From positions 244,607-308,606 of the forward strand of contig NMRA01000496.1 in NCBI GenBank assembly GCA_002633005.1: DNA of 64,000 nucleotides. Direction: 5' to 3'. Shown here piece by piece: positions 1 to 13,656 of this stretch. The notes under the pieces are model-generated. The model saw nothing but the letters and a program-made list of their open reading frames with translations, had not been told where the DNA came from and did not search any database. The first letter of the stretch is position 1. Each line of letters opens with the position of its first letter. A program made the translations under genes and the position numbers. The stretch is from Phoronis australis. Taxonomy: Eukaryota > Animalia > Phoronida.

Positions 1-2350
1 CGTAAAGTTACGAAAACAAGGACGGTTGTATCAAAGGTCTTAGCAAAGACTGGGTTATAGGTGTCGGGGATTTCATCTTGAATACGAACTACAGTCGCGT
101 GTGTGCCAGGAACAATGCTTCGAGTTTACAGAGATGCAGCGTCACCTTGGGCAAAAACGCGCCTACGACCGTTTTAGATACGACTTGCGAGGTTAATGCA
201 TCTGGCTCTTGGTCCCGAGATTTAACCCGGGAGGCCGAACTCTGATAATTTCCCTAATTAGTAGGGTTGGCGCTGTTTTCAGAAATATGCCAGCGAATGT
301 TCAACACTAAATTAAACCAGCATCTTAGATTTTGTGTGTATAAAATCCAACTTTTAACTTACTGTGCGGATGCGCTTGAGCTGTCGCCAACAACAACAGC
401 ATCCTTTGAAGCAGACGCGCCATGACTGTTAACGCTGACGTGAATCCCTTAATAAACATTTTCCAGCATGGATGTTTTCTGTCAATCAGCGCTCTCGTAA
501 GTCGTGCGTGCCAGTTTGCATTTTACGTAGAACACCGTCGATCCAATAATAATAATGAGGTCTTTTCGGCAAATAAAACGGAATTTTGGAGAACATTTAA
601 AGCCACACTACAAAACTCTAGATGTATTACAATCTAAAACTAAAAATATACTACGGGTAGACTGGTCATTGGAGAATGATCATGAATTATTATGAATCAA
701 AGTACTTTCAAGTGTCGGGAATGCTCAGATCCAATTTCAACAGTATTCTCCAAGAACGTTACACATTTTGTTTTACCCAATCAAAAAGTACAAAGCAGTA
801 AAACAAAAAAAATCCAAATGGCGCCTTCTTAATTAAAATTTACACACCATCCTGATCCAAAACCGCGTATCCCTTCGACAAGAGATCACTTTTAATTACC
901 GGTATTTCTGCTATTGGGCTAGCATAATATACCGGTCCCCAATTATACAGCGACACTTGAACGTCTCGATAATTACAAAAATCGAGACCTTCCGTTGAAC
1001 ATAAACTAGAACGATTAAATTTGTTTCCCCGAACACGACCGACCAGCTAAAAACTCAGACAATTTTGTCGACAGAATTTCTCTGACTTCTTGTAAATAAC
1101 GCTGTAAATGTTTTAAATCAGTTTTAACTCAGTAATGACACATAATTGTTCCGTTACAAAAATGGGCAAAAACTCTCATCTGACAACAGAATCGCTAAAT
1201 GTTCATGCACTCCTGTTTTTTCTCAAATTTACTTGAAAAACGCGGCCTTCGATTGATTGAAATATAATAGAAACTTTAAGAAGACCTAATCATTGTGTAC
1301 AATGAAAATAAACATCTACTCAAGTCTTGTGGTTCCTCGCCCACCGTCAGACATAGCGATACGACTTTCTGATCCATTGTAATTGTGGTGATTGCAGCAG
1401 TTGTTTTAACTAAAATGATTTCAAATGACTATTGCTTTTTAAAGATATCCTCAATCGATTGATTACTAAGATGTATGCTGGTGTAGTTTGTCGTGGGAGC
1501 AAATTTCCGAAAATTAGACAGACTGAAAGATAGCGACTGCCAGAACATGTTGAAGAGAGAATCAAACGCCAAAACCATCCAGGAATATAAATTAAACTAT
1601 TGCCTCTTTAAGTACCTATCGTTCATGTTGAAGTGCCTTTGTTGGTTAGTGAGCGTCACGTTTTGATCATTCGAGGACATGTTGACAAAATTGACTTATC
1701 AAGTATTTTACCTGCCTACCTACCCACCCAGATGTTAAAAATACGATCAGGTTTGTGGGAAACAAAGATATTTTCAAGACTGGCCTTGTGTTCCAACAGC
1801 CAGAAATAGGTACCTAGAAATTCTTGGTAGTTTAAGGTTGCCTGGTTGCTTCATGCCTAGTTGCNCCCGTAGCATGTTCGGTGGGTCGTAACCTTGACAA
1901 CCTTGAGCAAGTTTACATTAAAGTAGAACGGAAAAGGTTAAAATAATTTTGAGTTTGGTTTCGAGTACAAACATTAGACTCTGAGTCCAATCAAAATGTT
2001 GTTTTTAACTCCTTGAAAAATTGCGAATCCTTTTCAAAGCGTTCCGTGTTCCCATTCTTGTAAAAACGACCTATTAAAGCAAGTTAAATAATACACCATT
2101 TCGTTTCTAAAAATTTTTTTAGTTCCAGAGGAAAGGTCAAAATTACGTGTTTTCTACATAGGTTCCAACTTATGACAATTTTGCTCCTTCACTGTCTCTA
2201 AGATAAGTAGAAACTGTTAAAACTTTTTTTTCAACATTTCATGCACCTTTTCCATAAAATTGTGTATAATTTTGAAAAGAATGTCACAAAAAATCATTCC
2301 CAGTACTTAAAATAGCTATTCTTGAACACAAAAGATTTCCCCTACACCAT

Positions 2351-2499
2351 CCTCCCGTTCAGTAACGCTAGGACCTCGCTAAAAAGCAAGACTTCGCGAG
2401 ATAATGTGAGATATTGCCGTGTATTTTAAATGAGAACAAGTGGATGGCTAGATTTTTGCTAGGTCCTAGTGAACGTCCTAGCGTTACTGAACGCACGCC
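2351..2499. mobile_element. ~150 bp MITE family (CGTTCAGTA..CGCTAGGACCT), copy 1
   Basis: Terminal inverted repeats; related copies at 2991-3143, 32386-32538 and 63421-63568. Confidence 0.75.
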
Positions 2500-2990
2500 A
2501 GGTGTCTCTTAATTAAAGCTGCATTTCGCGCTATTTAGCTGGCAAAAACTGAAAATCGAAATACTCCTTTTACTCTTCACGAAATTGGCCTGATAACATT
2601 CGTTATCGCGATAAGATTACATTTCCGTTACCAACTTCAAGTCACAAACAATGCAAACGAGCATAATTTTCGAGTTCATAACTTTCATGTCAGCCAACCT
2701 CAATAAACTCTGATGTGTTTTCTTGAGTCGTTGAGGGTTTCGATATTTTTGTTGGTAACACAAATAGAATCTTATCGCGCTAAGGAGTATTACGAGACCA
2801 ATTTTATGAGAGTGAAAGGTGATGTTCGTTTTCAACCAGCTCAACAGGGCGAAATGTAGCCATAGGTGTATTAACTTCCTATCTAAGAGCAGCTTGTTTG
2901 TTCGATATAGATCAGCAACCTTAGAGAACTGATTAATCGAATGAATACAAACGTACGCTTCATTTCATATTGCCAGGCTTACCCAAAACT

Positions 2991-3143
2991 TGCGTGCATT
3001 CAGTAGACGCTAGGACCTACGCTAGGACCTAGCCAAAAGCTAGTCAAGGTCACGTGCTATTATTTAAAATACACGGCAATATCTCGCGTAATCTCGCAAA
3101 GTCTTGCTTTTAAGCTAGGTCCTAGCGTTACTGAACGGGAGGC
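2991..3143. mobile_element. ~150 bp MITE, copy 2 (inverted relative to copy 1)
   Basis: Homology to 2351-2499. Confidence 0.75.
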
Positions 3144-3306
3144 TTGTTTAGTCATCACCCATTATTGTACACTTTGTTTTTTCCTTTGAAAGATAGCATT
3201 ATTCAACCAAGAGACGTTTTCTCTAAGTTCTGCGAGGACGCTTAATTCTTCCGAACGTTAGACACGCTCTCTGATGTGAGGAGTTTCCAAACTTGTCCCA
3301 AAAAAT

Positions 3307-3436
3307 TGAGGATTTAGGCGAGTTGCAGAGCATTGTTTTGAGGATTTAGGCGAGTTGCAGAGCATTGTTTTGAGGATTTAGGCGAGTTGCAGAGCATTGT
3401 TTTGAGGATTTAGGCGAGTTGCAGAGCATTGTTTTG
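3307..3436. repeat. 35-bp minisatellite, ~3.7 copies
   Basis: tgaggatttaggcgagttgcagagcattgtt(tt). Confidence 0.95.
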
Positions 3437-5890
3437 TTTCAACGATGTAAGTGATCTTGTTGATGTTATGTTAAAAATACATGTAGCAATTTCTGAGAGC
3501 ACCTACGGGTGGTTCTACATCGATCGTCACAGATTTTCCTGAAACTTTATGAAGGCTTGGACTACCCCTAGTTATGCACCTGAACTGACTTTTCTGACAC
3601 AAGCTTCGCTTTCGTTTTTATGCTTATCTTACAAAAATGGCTTTTTCGACACTTATTTTAGTAAGAATTTTGGATACATCATGTGTGATTATGAAACCAG
3701 CGTAATTTAATAGTATTGAGCTAGTTTAGTACAATAAAATCAAGTTTGTTTGTTTTTGCCCGCTTAGTAGTTAACGTGTACTTTTACTGAGTATACCTTG
3801 CAGTGTTTGGCTACCTAAATACAGTGATTACTCAGCAGTTTTTTAAAAAGATGCACAACAAACATCACCATTTGCATACGTTAAGTGGACTCGAATATAT
3901 TTTTATAATTTAGAGGGTTTTTGGGACCATCGTAAGCCCAAGAAGGGGGAGGAGACGAGCCGCTATCCATCCTTCTGTTTACTTTAATGATTTCCTGTGT
4001 AGTCTGGTGACAACTTTCACTTCAGATTGGTAGTGATCGGACAGTAGCGCAAAAGGAATCGGACAATAGTGAGTGAAGGGGGTGATGACTGCGGAGGTTT
4101 CGAAGGGCGACTTTGGTCCCTGAACAAATTACAGAAAACCTGAATATACCCATAGAGCGAGGTTCTGCGTGTATAAGAGAGATACTCACATCAGTCCCTA
4201 AAATGCAGTATATCAGACTGTAGCATGTAACTAGAAAACATGTGACATTTACCTTTCAACAGGCTTGGGTATGGGTTATGAAATCGTCTCTTATTTGTGA
4301 TTTTTCCAAGAGTTGTGTAGTTAGTTCCGCGACCATATGTTTTAGCCTACAGGACTATCGGCAATGTCTGCTTGAGCAGCCACACGGAAAAAATCCTCAC
4401 GGTATAAACCATTTATATGGATTTTCTGGATTAGTGTGGATCCAAAAAAGCTTCCTTTGTTAGACAATTTTCATACAATTGACGTGAAAGTAAAAAAATG
4501 TCATCTTTTGTAAAACGTCCCGCTTCCATTTATTTGAACATGAGCACCCGGGTAATGGCCCTTGTGCCTGCATTCAAACATTTGCATGTAGGTCATTCTT
4601 TACAGAAAAGTAATCCTTGAAACAGACGTTGGTGATATAGTGAGATATTGTTTTGATAGCTTGTAATATGTAAAAATGCTGAATGATGTAATTATCAAAT
4701 CCAATGACCTTGGTCTCTCTCAAATGTGTGTAACAGGCATTTTTAGAAATTGCATATCGTGCTGTTTGTTAGGTAACAACCTAATGCGTATTTTGAGGTA
4801 TCTGAAGCTCTCCCCCTCTCCCATTGGGCTTGAGCGAAAAAGGTACTTTTGTAAATTTTAATCTGCATGGTAACAACGATTAAAAGTGCAAATATTTTGT
4901 CTACTTTTCTTTCTTTTCACAGCAGAATAAACTCATGTGACGACCTGAAGTGATGGCAAAATCAAAGTGTATGAACATACAATGAGAAATAATTACAGAT
5001 ATTTAAACCTCTATTATTGACAAAAAAGATGTTGACACAGCTTCCCAGTAGAACGAACTGGGTATTCCAGAACTTCATGCTATAGTTCGGATATTAAAGA
5101 GGCCTGGAACGCGATAAACAGACTAAATTGTAACATTGAAAGTGGTTCTCTGCCACTGAACCAGAATTCAACCTGCTCACCTGGTATTTTTAGGGTTTGT
5201 TCGTAAAGCTTTTTATTTCTGTTGATATCAAAAAAATTTCTTTTAGTTTCAAATATGAAAAACAATCTGTCAACTGCTCGCCACTTCGTCGATTTTTCCC
5301 CCACAAGGCAAAGCCCGTCTCTTTATTTGGTACGGCCGGCAAGACATAGACGTAACACATTTCCCTTATATAGAAATGTGACCTTTGGCCTTAAGCAACT
5401 TCAAGCAACTGACTGAGAGCGCATTCGCACATTTGTCATAAGTGGGAGGGAGATTAGAAACTCTGTGGTAACCACACAGTTTTTTCTTCAAGCGTATTTC
5501 AAAAATCGGGGATTTTTGACTTTTTCTGGAAATTTCCTCACAGGGGAATTTGAATTACTCTATACTAGACGTTGCGAGATGGTATTTTGGTCAGGAATTG
5601 TTTAAAAGATATTTTTGACGAGCTTTCGCGTTTCATGCCTCTTTAAGATTTCTCCCTCCACCGTTTGCACGTCTCCATCCCTCAGGCAATTTTAGGGGAG
5701 ACAGCCATGAGAGCAAAGAAGCCATTACTCTTGGCCTCTTTTACCCAACCATCTCATTAATATACATTTTTTCTGGCCATTGTTCGCTAACTCATGTCTT
5801 TAGCCACACCTGCAGGGTACACTCGACACCAGTTCTTTGTCCAGCTGCAAACTTTCCGTCAAGAACGCTTTCACGTCAAGAATAAATCTG

Positions 5891-6255
5891 GGCCCGGTCT
5901 CCAATCTTTTTACTCGAAATGGAACTCGAAATTAGGTTTGGCATTTTCTACTCTACTTTTGGGCGAACTCAAGATAAGTGTCTATTATTCTATGCTCGAG
6001 TATACAATAACTTACGTAGATAATTGCCCTTAGTTCACAGTTTGTAAACCCAATATTAAAGCAATAAGTTCGAGTTTGTAGCACGAATATAAGGGTCTTC
6101 AAGGGCAAACTTGAAGTAGAAACTCCTATGCATAAACTATAATGTAATCGAGCTCATTCTGATAACCAATTATCTTAAGTTCGCACAAAAGGAGCAGAGA
6201 AATTGCCAAAACTAGTTTCGAGTTCGTTTCGAGTACAAAGATTAGAGACCGGGCC
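5891..6255. mobile_element. PIF/Harbinger-like MITE
   Basis: ~50 bp TIRs (GGCCCGGTCTC..ATCTTT.TACTCGAAA) flanked by a 3-bp CTG duplication; related TIR fragments at ~1950, ~11420 and ~50955. Confidence 0.75.
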
Positions 6256-7489
6256 CTGGAGCTCTGATTGCATTTGCGTACTGCCCATCTAGACTCAATT
6301 TCATCAGAAGTGGACCGTGGCCAGCTCTCTTCATAAGAAGCCGATGGAAGTGCCGATGAACCAAATGCATCCAGGTCTTTGCAATGTTATCAAATGCAAT
6401 TTCCCTCACTAGACCACAGGTGTGTCTCTCAATGTCCAAGGGAGCATTTATTTCATCCAAGGAAGTGAACTATCTTGTGCATCCGTGCATCAAGCCGGCC
6501 AGCTAGCTGTTGGAAGACTATTTCGTAAACAGCTTTGCACCAAGGCTACTATGCACCGAAAAATATACCAAATACGCCTACTCTGGCCAGGATGAGTCAC
6601 ATTTAAAAACTGCCTCACTCACATTACAGGTAGTTCATAAATGCTCTGCGACACTTCTTGTGCAGCTTCCTTCCCACCTTGATAAAGAACTCTTCATGTG
6701 ATCACTTTCATGCACAGCGCCTTTTAAAACTGCAAACTACAGTAGCCATATTTCCATGAACAGAGTGGTCTACTGCTGTAGCGCTACAAGATGTTACTTG
6801 CACTGAGAGTCTTCTAATACAACCAACTAGTCTGAGAGCAAAAAATTGTACACAAGAAAATTCTGCACGCTACATAGTTTTTCTACTGCCAATTAAAACC
6901 TTTCAGTCGCTGTTTGTATTTTTATAACTGAGCGATTACAACAAGTGCGTGGTACTTGGCAACCAAAAATTGCGCAGTTTCAGTTGAATTTCTGTACATG
7001 AAATAATAAAGACCAGACTTTTGACCCTCATCGTTGTGACCTTTAGTCATCGTCTGCAAATTTCAAGAGTCATTTTGTTACAGCTTCCTAGTTCCTTACC
7101 AAATAACTTAGTTTGAGTTCGGATACTAAAAATAGGTGGTTTGACATGCGAGTGCCCCCACAAAGGCAATTTCATTTCTTTGGATATACTATTTTTGGAT
7201 TGGGGATAAATATCAAACATACCTACACAGTATCGAATACCAGTCCTTAATTTACACGGATTAGTCCTGCTACCAAAAGAGGTCATTTTTATGCTGAAAA
7301 CTTTACATGTTTCAGGTAAGTTTCAATGGTCTGTACAAAATAGACGAAGAGGACAATGAATGTTTTATGGTGGTTGGTGTCGTTTGAGGTGGACATAAAT
7401 CCACTGGTAAATTTTTAACCAATTATGTGACGAGTCATGTAGAATTTTTTTATTTTTTCTTGGTTACATAGGTTCTATTTAAGGCTTTC

Positions 7490-7948
7490 TTGAAAGATTT
7501 GTTATTGCACTAGCCACACTCAGTTGACACCGATTTGGTATTGCGCTAGTCAAACTTAGTTGACAACTACATGTATTTGGTATTGCGCTAGTCAAACTTA
7601 GTTGACACATACATGTATTTGGTATTGCGCTAGTCAAACTTAGTTGACACCTACATGTATTTGGTATTGCGCTAGTCAAACTTAGTTGACACATACATGT
7701 ATTTGGTATTGCGCTAGTCAAACTTAGTTGACACTCACATGTATTTGGTATTGCGCTAGTCAAACTTAGTTGACACTCACATGTATTTGGTATTGCGCTA
7801 GTCAAACTTAGTTGACACCTGCATGTATTTGGTATTGCGCTAGTCAAACTTAGTTGACGCCTACATGTATTTGGTATTGCGCTAGTCAAACTTAGTTGAC
7901 ACTCACATGTATTTGGTATTGTGTTAGTCAAACTCAGTTGACACCTAT
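7490..7948. repeat. 42-bp minisatellite, ~11 copies
   Basis: acatgtatttggtattgcgctagtcaaacttagttgacannn; explains ORF 7479-7931. Confidence 0.95.
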
Positions 7949-8368
7949 TTACCTAAGTGTTTTCTAAACAATATCCCTAGAATTTCAACACATAAAATTA
8001 GTAGATGGTGACAACTTTGGACCCCCAAATTGTAACCTGTGTGGACTTAAAAGCTGTCGTAACCAACCTTCCGTCAGAACTCTAAGTTGAGATTAGGACC
8101 ACTTAGGCTTAAAAACTGGATTCAAACTGATTTTGGGGCTTGGGAAGAATTGACCTTTTTGTATTGTTTGTGATCAAGATTGATAAGTTGACTTGTCACA
8201 ACGGTTTCATTTAATGCAACGAGCTTCTAAGCGCGAACAAAGTGGTCAGTTCTTCCCGAAACAAATATCCATTTCTCTTGTAACTGAAAAACAAGTAGAC
8301 ACCGGTTTCGTAGTGGTAAGCAGTTGAAAAAAGTTTCATAACAACTTGCAATTGATGTAATCCACATA

Positions 8369-9212
8369 TCAAAAACTTGAGAATTTAAATTTTCTAACAG
8401 GAAAGATTGTTCGTTTGTTTTTATTCTCTGTAAAATTTAAAGGCAAGTAACCGCATAGGCTAAACAGCTCTTCGCAGCTCTTTTCTATGTCAACCAATGA
8501 ATTTTCCGCATCGTTCTCGTACCATTTTTGAAATGACAACTTTCGCTCCGTAAAGTCGATCTTTTCCAATGTTCGCAAAGAGTGTGACATCCACGGAGTC
8601 TTTTCAGCATCAACGCTTAGGTTCAGTCCAACAAAGTGGTACAGTGACTCGATAACCTTAGTTTTGTGCAACAAGATGTCTTCATAACGCAGCAGAAAGC
8701 TTGCGTTATTCAACACATACGCAGTTCGTACGTTATCAGCAAGCATGTTGCACAACTTTGCATTTGTTACTGATGTGTTGAATTTTTGTGAACTAGAATA
8801 TCCTAACTTACGCCGTGATAAAAGCATAGATCGGGGATCCCGCACGAGAACTATAAACCTGATGGAGCTATCGAAGCGGTTTAAATCGGTCATCATGTTA
8901 CTGTTGGCTCGAATTGTCTTTACTATCCTCAGAGGGGAAGATTCACACGCTGTCTTCAGCTTTAACAGACATTCATCGTGGATCACTATTTGGCTTAAAT
9001 TCTTTTTTTCCATTTCCTCAATCTGCGTTTCGTTTACTGCAAGTGTCTTCATAACACATCGAAAACACTGAACGAAAGGGTCGTCTTTGGTCTTGTGAGC
9101 CCATGCGCGCCACTGGAACATTTGATAGCGAATAACTGACAGGGGTACTTCGAACAGGGCGCAGTTTAAAAGGTTTCCCAGTATATTCACGTAGTACCTA
9201 TCGGTGAAAGGC
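8369..9212 (-). CDS. Carbohydrate sulfotransferase (CHST/GlcNAc6ST-like), terminal exon
   Basis: Lies within the 312-aa ORF. Motifs: LLNC, C...IVKTIR, 3'-PB IVLVRDPRSMLLSR, LLRYEDI, LYHFVGL and C..LFSLCGY. The acceptor tttcag|G at 9212 is phase-compatible with the 12180 donor; the ATG at 9307 is probably intronic. Confidence 0.85.
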
Positions 9213-9962
9213 CTGAAATTGAAGATATACTCATGTTGTATCTCAGTCTCATGCAATTTAAAGCCTAATAACATTAAGCGATAAACAGCTCTTATATCGG
9301 CTTTCATCCACTTTCTCTGACGTGACGATCAGTTCATCTCATATGCCGTCATTTTCTTACGCGCAAAGGTTGCAGGGAACTTTTTTGTTGTTCGGATTCC
9401 CCAGCTATATGCCCGTACGGTGCTGTTTCTGTATGTGACAATCAGAGGGACTGAAAGGACAGGCATGTTCGTATCCGGTTATAGGTTTTAACTATCACCC
9501 GCAGAATTAGTCGTGCGAAAAAAGGTATATCAAGGTGATCAAATTTCATTAACAAGAAAAGTAAATGCATAACAGTGTTAATCTTATTTTGTCACGAGAA
9601 AAATCACTGGAGCACTCCGCCGCGACCCAAACCTTTTCTGAAATAGTCATAAATAACTTAAGTGAAATGGTCTGAGCCTAAGTATTCATATCCCAAACAA
9701 CAACTGTCGTTCTTTTAGTATTTTTATTACACACGTATTCCTGTTTTATTTCGGCAATCCCGAAACAGCGCCCGAAGCGAGTGTTGCTTAAACGATTCAT
9801 ATGAATTTCCATTTGAACGACAGCCTTCGTTCAGTGGACAGCGACGAAGGGGCCATACGACTGGTGAGATATTTAACCCAAGCGTGCTAAAGTCATTCAA
9901 GCTTTCCTTGCTGCTTCAGAGGCGCCTGTAGAACGTGTCCTCGGTATACAATGGTGTGTAAC

Positions 9963-10246
9963 CATGGACGCACCCGGGGGGGGGGCTCGCGAGGATCGAA
10001 CGAGCTCCCCAATTTGGCGAATTGGGCAAAAAGGTTCGCCTCAGCGAAAAAAGTCCAAGTAAACGACACAAAAGTCCACAAAAGACACAAGAAATCGGCG
10101 CAGATGCACAATTCGTGGACCTGAACCTAGTGGCCCTGTTTTTTTCTTTGTTTTTTTTTGTCCTCGTTGATTTTGTTTGGTAAAAGGTCCCATACCGAAA
10201 AATTCGAGCCCCCCCCCACCTATATTTTAGGCTGGATGCGCGCATG
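9963..10246. mobile_element. MITE with 5-bp TSD (hAT5-like)
   Basis: GTAAC|CATGGACGCACCC...GGATGCGCGCATG|GTAAC. Confidence 0.65.
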
Positions 10247-10399
10247 GTAACGCCAGACAGGTTTAACTTTCAAGTCTCTGTTCCTGGAAAGTCACAACCA
10301 GGCGAAATACACTGTCTATAGTTCGTTCCATTAACCCAATTGCGCATCTTCTGTGATGTTAATTGAAGTGGTCATGCTTCGTGCGCCTTCCTATGCCTT

Positions 10400-11040
10400 G
10401 TAAGTGACAGCGGCGACATTCAAATAAATTCAGTTTGTGTTCGGCAAAGCCTGAATACTACACTAGAGTTTACTGCAGCCACTATGTCGGAGAGTGATGT
10501 CAACTGTCAGCACGTTTGTCTGGAACTCCTTTTTTAAGGCAAAGAGAAATTCTGGCCAGTACAACTGTTTATCTCCGAAAAAAACGTTGGACTGCGAAGT
10601 GCCACCATCTCTGAGCAACAGCTGGCAGACGTACCCCTATATTGAGAACCGTTACTGATCCGTCATTCACCTACCACGGTGTAGATTATTTTGACCTATT
10701 CACAGTGAAGGAGGTTGCAAAGAGTTGAAACGATATGGCGTTCTACTGACATGTCTAGCCAACCGGTGCATTTAGAGATAGCGCACAATCTCAGTACAGA
10801 TTCTTTTATTAACGCGTTGCGAACATTTGTTTCTCGCAGCACTAATATCCGTTGTAGGTTTTCAAATAATGGGACACGTTTTGTTGGGCCTTACAGAGGA
10901 CTGAAGGAGGTTATGGCAGAAATTGATTATACGGTAGTGCAGCGCGCTTTGCTCCGGATGGACAATGACTGCATGGAAGCTCCACTGCTAACTATATGGC
11001 AGGCGCCTGGGAAAGGCATATCAGGACGTCCGTTCGTTTA
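10400..11040 (+). mobile_element. BEL/Pao LTR retrotransposon relic (integrase region)
   Basis: QQLADVP..PSFTYHGVDYF, VHLEIAHNLSTDSFINALRTFVSR...SNNGTRFVG..R.LKE; frameshifted. Confidence 0.85.
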
Positions 11041-11985
11041 AAGAAGCTGACGTGTTGTTCGATCGTCCACTTTAATAGCGTGGGCGGATCCAAGATTTTG
11101 AGTTAGGGGGGCCAGGGCAATAGAATAACCAGAATTTCGCACAAAGCACTCGCCCAGCCTAAAATGTAGGGTTGCAAGGGTTTCGAATTTTTGGGTCTGT
11201 GGACCTTATTACTAAAAAAAAACAGGTAAACGGGGTTTGTTCGAGGTCCATGCACTGTGCATTCGCCCCCGGATCGTCGTACACTGTTGGTTAATGTTGG
11301 GGTCATGAAGTGATCGATAAGACGGTGCGTTGTCCACGTAAACCGTAGTTTACACGAATACCAGACAAGTGTCTTGAGTACATGTACGCAAAAAAGTAGA
11401 ACGGAAAATGTCAGAAATTATTTCGATTTAGAGTACAAACATAAGAGATCAAAGTTCAAGTCTCAGGGCGTGGAAAGGATTAACAGTGGGCTATACAGAG
11501 GATTTGGAACATGGATTGGATTTCAATTTTCATTTTGAAAATCGGATATTGAATTTTAAACCAAAATCGGATTTTCTATTTTCGTTTTGCACATTAAGTA
11601 TTGGATCTAGCACAAAATTGGGATTTTCGCTTTTTGTTTTGAAAAATTTATTTGCAGAATGCACTGTCATTCGCTGAACCGTAATTCTCAAATAAACAGG
11701 AAGAAACGACAGGCTGAAAAAGCCAAGATCTAGATTTCTTAAGGCAGATAGCCTCTCTCGAGTGACTAGCTCGTTGCGGAGGGCTTCTGAGTTCAGGGCT
11801 GTTGTAGAAAATATAAATGACTTCCAATGATTATTGCGCACAGATTTTGCAAAGTTTGAGTGGACAGTACAAACAACGTTTCTTTGAATATCGCAACGCA
11901 CGAAGGTGATGTTGATATGCAATAACTTGGTATATATATATGGCTCTCTATACATGATTAATAACAGATGACAATCAGTATATGT

Positions 11986-12127
11986 CAGTGGCGGATTTAG
12001 AGGGGGGCCAAGGGGGCCATTCTCCTAGATTACATTTGGCAGTTCGGGGGTGCGAATGTCTAACGGGCAAAATCCGGGCTAATACTCTGTCCTGGCCTAC
12101 TAACTCAAAATCCTGGATCCGCCCCTG
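11986..12127. mobile_element. MITE CAGTGGCGGAT...ATCCGCCCCTG (5-bp TSD type)
   Basis: TIRs; flanks TATGT/TAAGT; homologous to 18465-18622. Confidence 0.7.
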
Positions 12128-12179
12128 TAAGTAGCGGCAGCTTATCGTGTTACACTGATGTTCAAAAGCGTCAACTCAC

Positions 12180-12360
12180 ATGAAGAGCTCGTTTCCTGGC
12201 CAAAGTGGTTCGAACAGGTAAAAGGCACCAGGGTGACTCGAAAATAGCCTGCCTACAAAAGAAGATCCCGTGCGCATGCTCCCATGTACGTGTATTTTCG
12301 GTACTTCTCGTCTGTTCATTCCTGCTCTCCCTTCCTTCTTGAAAACTCGTGTTACGTTAC
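12180..12360 (-). CDS. Carbohydrate sulfotransferase, 5'-PSB exon
   Basis: tttaag|GT...[48 protein letters not shown]|gtgagt; classic PAPS-binding RTGSSF.G...HP..FYLFEPL motif, absent from the ORF track. Confidence 0.9.
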
Positions 12361-13288
12361 CTTAAATATAACAAACACAAACTGACTGTAACGACAATGC
12401 AATAACGGAACAATATTAACAGCAATAGATAGCTGGGCTGACCGTAAAAACTGATAGTTTGTTATCGCTTCCCACCAGACTCCGAGTAAGTTCCAGGTCG
12501 CGGCGAGAACGTTCCTGCCCTTGGGCTGAAAGTTCAATCAACCAACACCGTGACGTTGGATTTGTTTAGACGAATTATTACAATCAATTTCACGTTTGAT
12601 AGATGACGAGAAGTTGCTAACATTTTGAAAGCTTATATGTTCAGGAGTAGTATTTGACACGCCGATTTATAGACACAAGTTATTGTTATATATTATTCTA
12701 TCATTATATAACGAACATTTAGTGATAAAATTTTAAAGAACTGTGTACAAGTTTCTTACTCAGGCCAACGCGGGAAAGTGACGCAGGGCTTCTGAATGGG
12801 GAAGTATAACCAAAACTTGGCTCTCGAGGAATTTCCACAGTCCCGGCAGATGTCGCACAAGCACCAGTCTCTATCACTTCATTACGGTTCCGTAAACGCG
12901 CCATTTAGGAAGTTCCACAGATGTGGAATGGAGCCATGAGCTTAGACAATTTCCAAATTAGAAAATTTACTTTGAATAAATAAAAAGCAATATACCCTTA
13001 TGCATCACTATGACTTAGTGGGTGGTACTTATTTTGTGACGCAATTGAGTGTACACTGTGATTTCAATAAGATATTTCATTATTCATTAATTATTTTAGT
13101 TCCTCAGACCACCGATGAGCATAACTATTTAAGACAAGTATCAACTGTAAGCAGGTTGGTCATGGTTGTTCGGACCGCACCCCACTCGGGTATCTCGACG
13201 TGATCTAAACTACAAGTTCCCGATTTATTCTACCACGATGTTTTCACAAAGAAGAAAGTAAAGTAAAGGAACTGTTTAAAATGAATTA

Positions 13289-13366
13289 CATGGGCGGCGC
13301 GCTATAGGGGGCTGGGGGGGGGCTTAGCCAGCCCCACCCACTTTTTTCAGTGCTGCGCCGCCCATG
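13289..13366. mobile_element. 78-bp MITE with 5-bp TSD
   Basis: AATTA|CATGGGCGGCGC...GCGCCGCCCATG|AATTA. Confidence 0.7.
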
Positions 13367-13656
13367 AATTATGCTCTCTGTATGGTTATTTGTTGATAAA
13401 ACTTCACCATTCTGTTTCTGACACTTCGCTGCAACTGCATTGAATAAAGTTTATATTCGGGTTCTCTTAAATCACAGTAAAAACGAAAAGAATCACATTT
13501 TATGTTACACTTCAAATGCACCAGTGGCACCTAGCGTTAGACACAAGAACTCGCTGCTAAAGTAAATGCCTGAGAAACGGTGTCTCGTGTAAGGTAAACC
13601 ATGTTACATTCATTACACCCCAACGTCACTCTATGTGTGAAAATCAGGGACCGTTC

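Noticed and set aside
6260-6800. Possible CR1/L2 RT traces (also ~32545-32850 and ~62290-62700)
   Set aside because: Only isolated motif echoes (AFD, GSVLG..LF); too degraded to call without a search.
7479-7931. 150-aa Cys-rich repetitive ORF
   Set aside because: Translation of a 42-bp minisatellite; no splice or start context.
9329-9331. In-frame TGA upstream of the sulfotransferase ORF read as selenocysteine or a pseudogene stop
   Set aside because: It falls in what is best explained as intron once the 12180-12360 exon is recognised.
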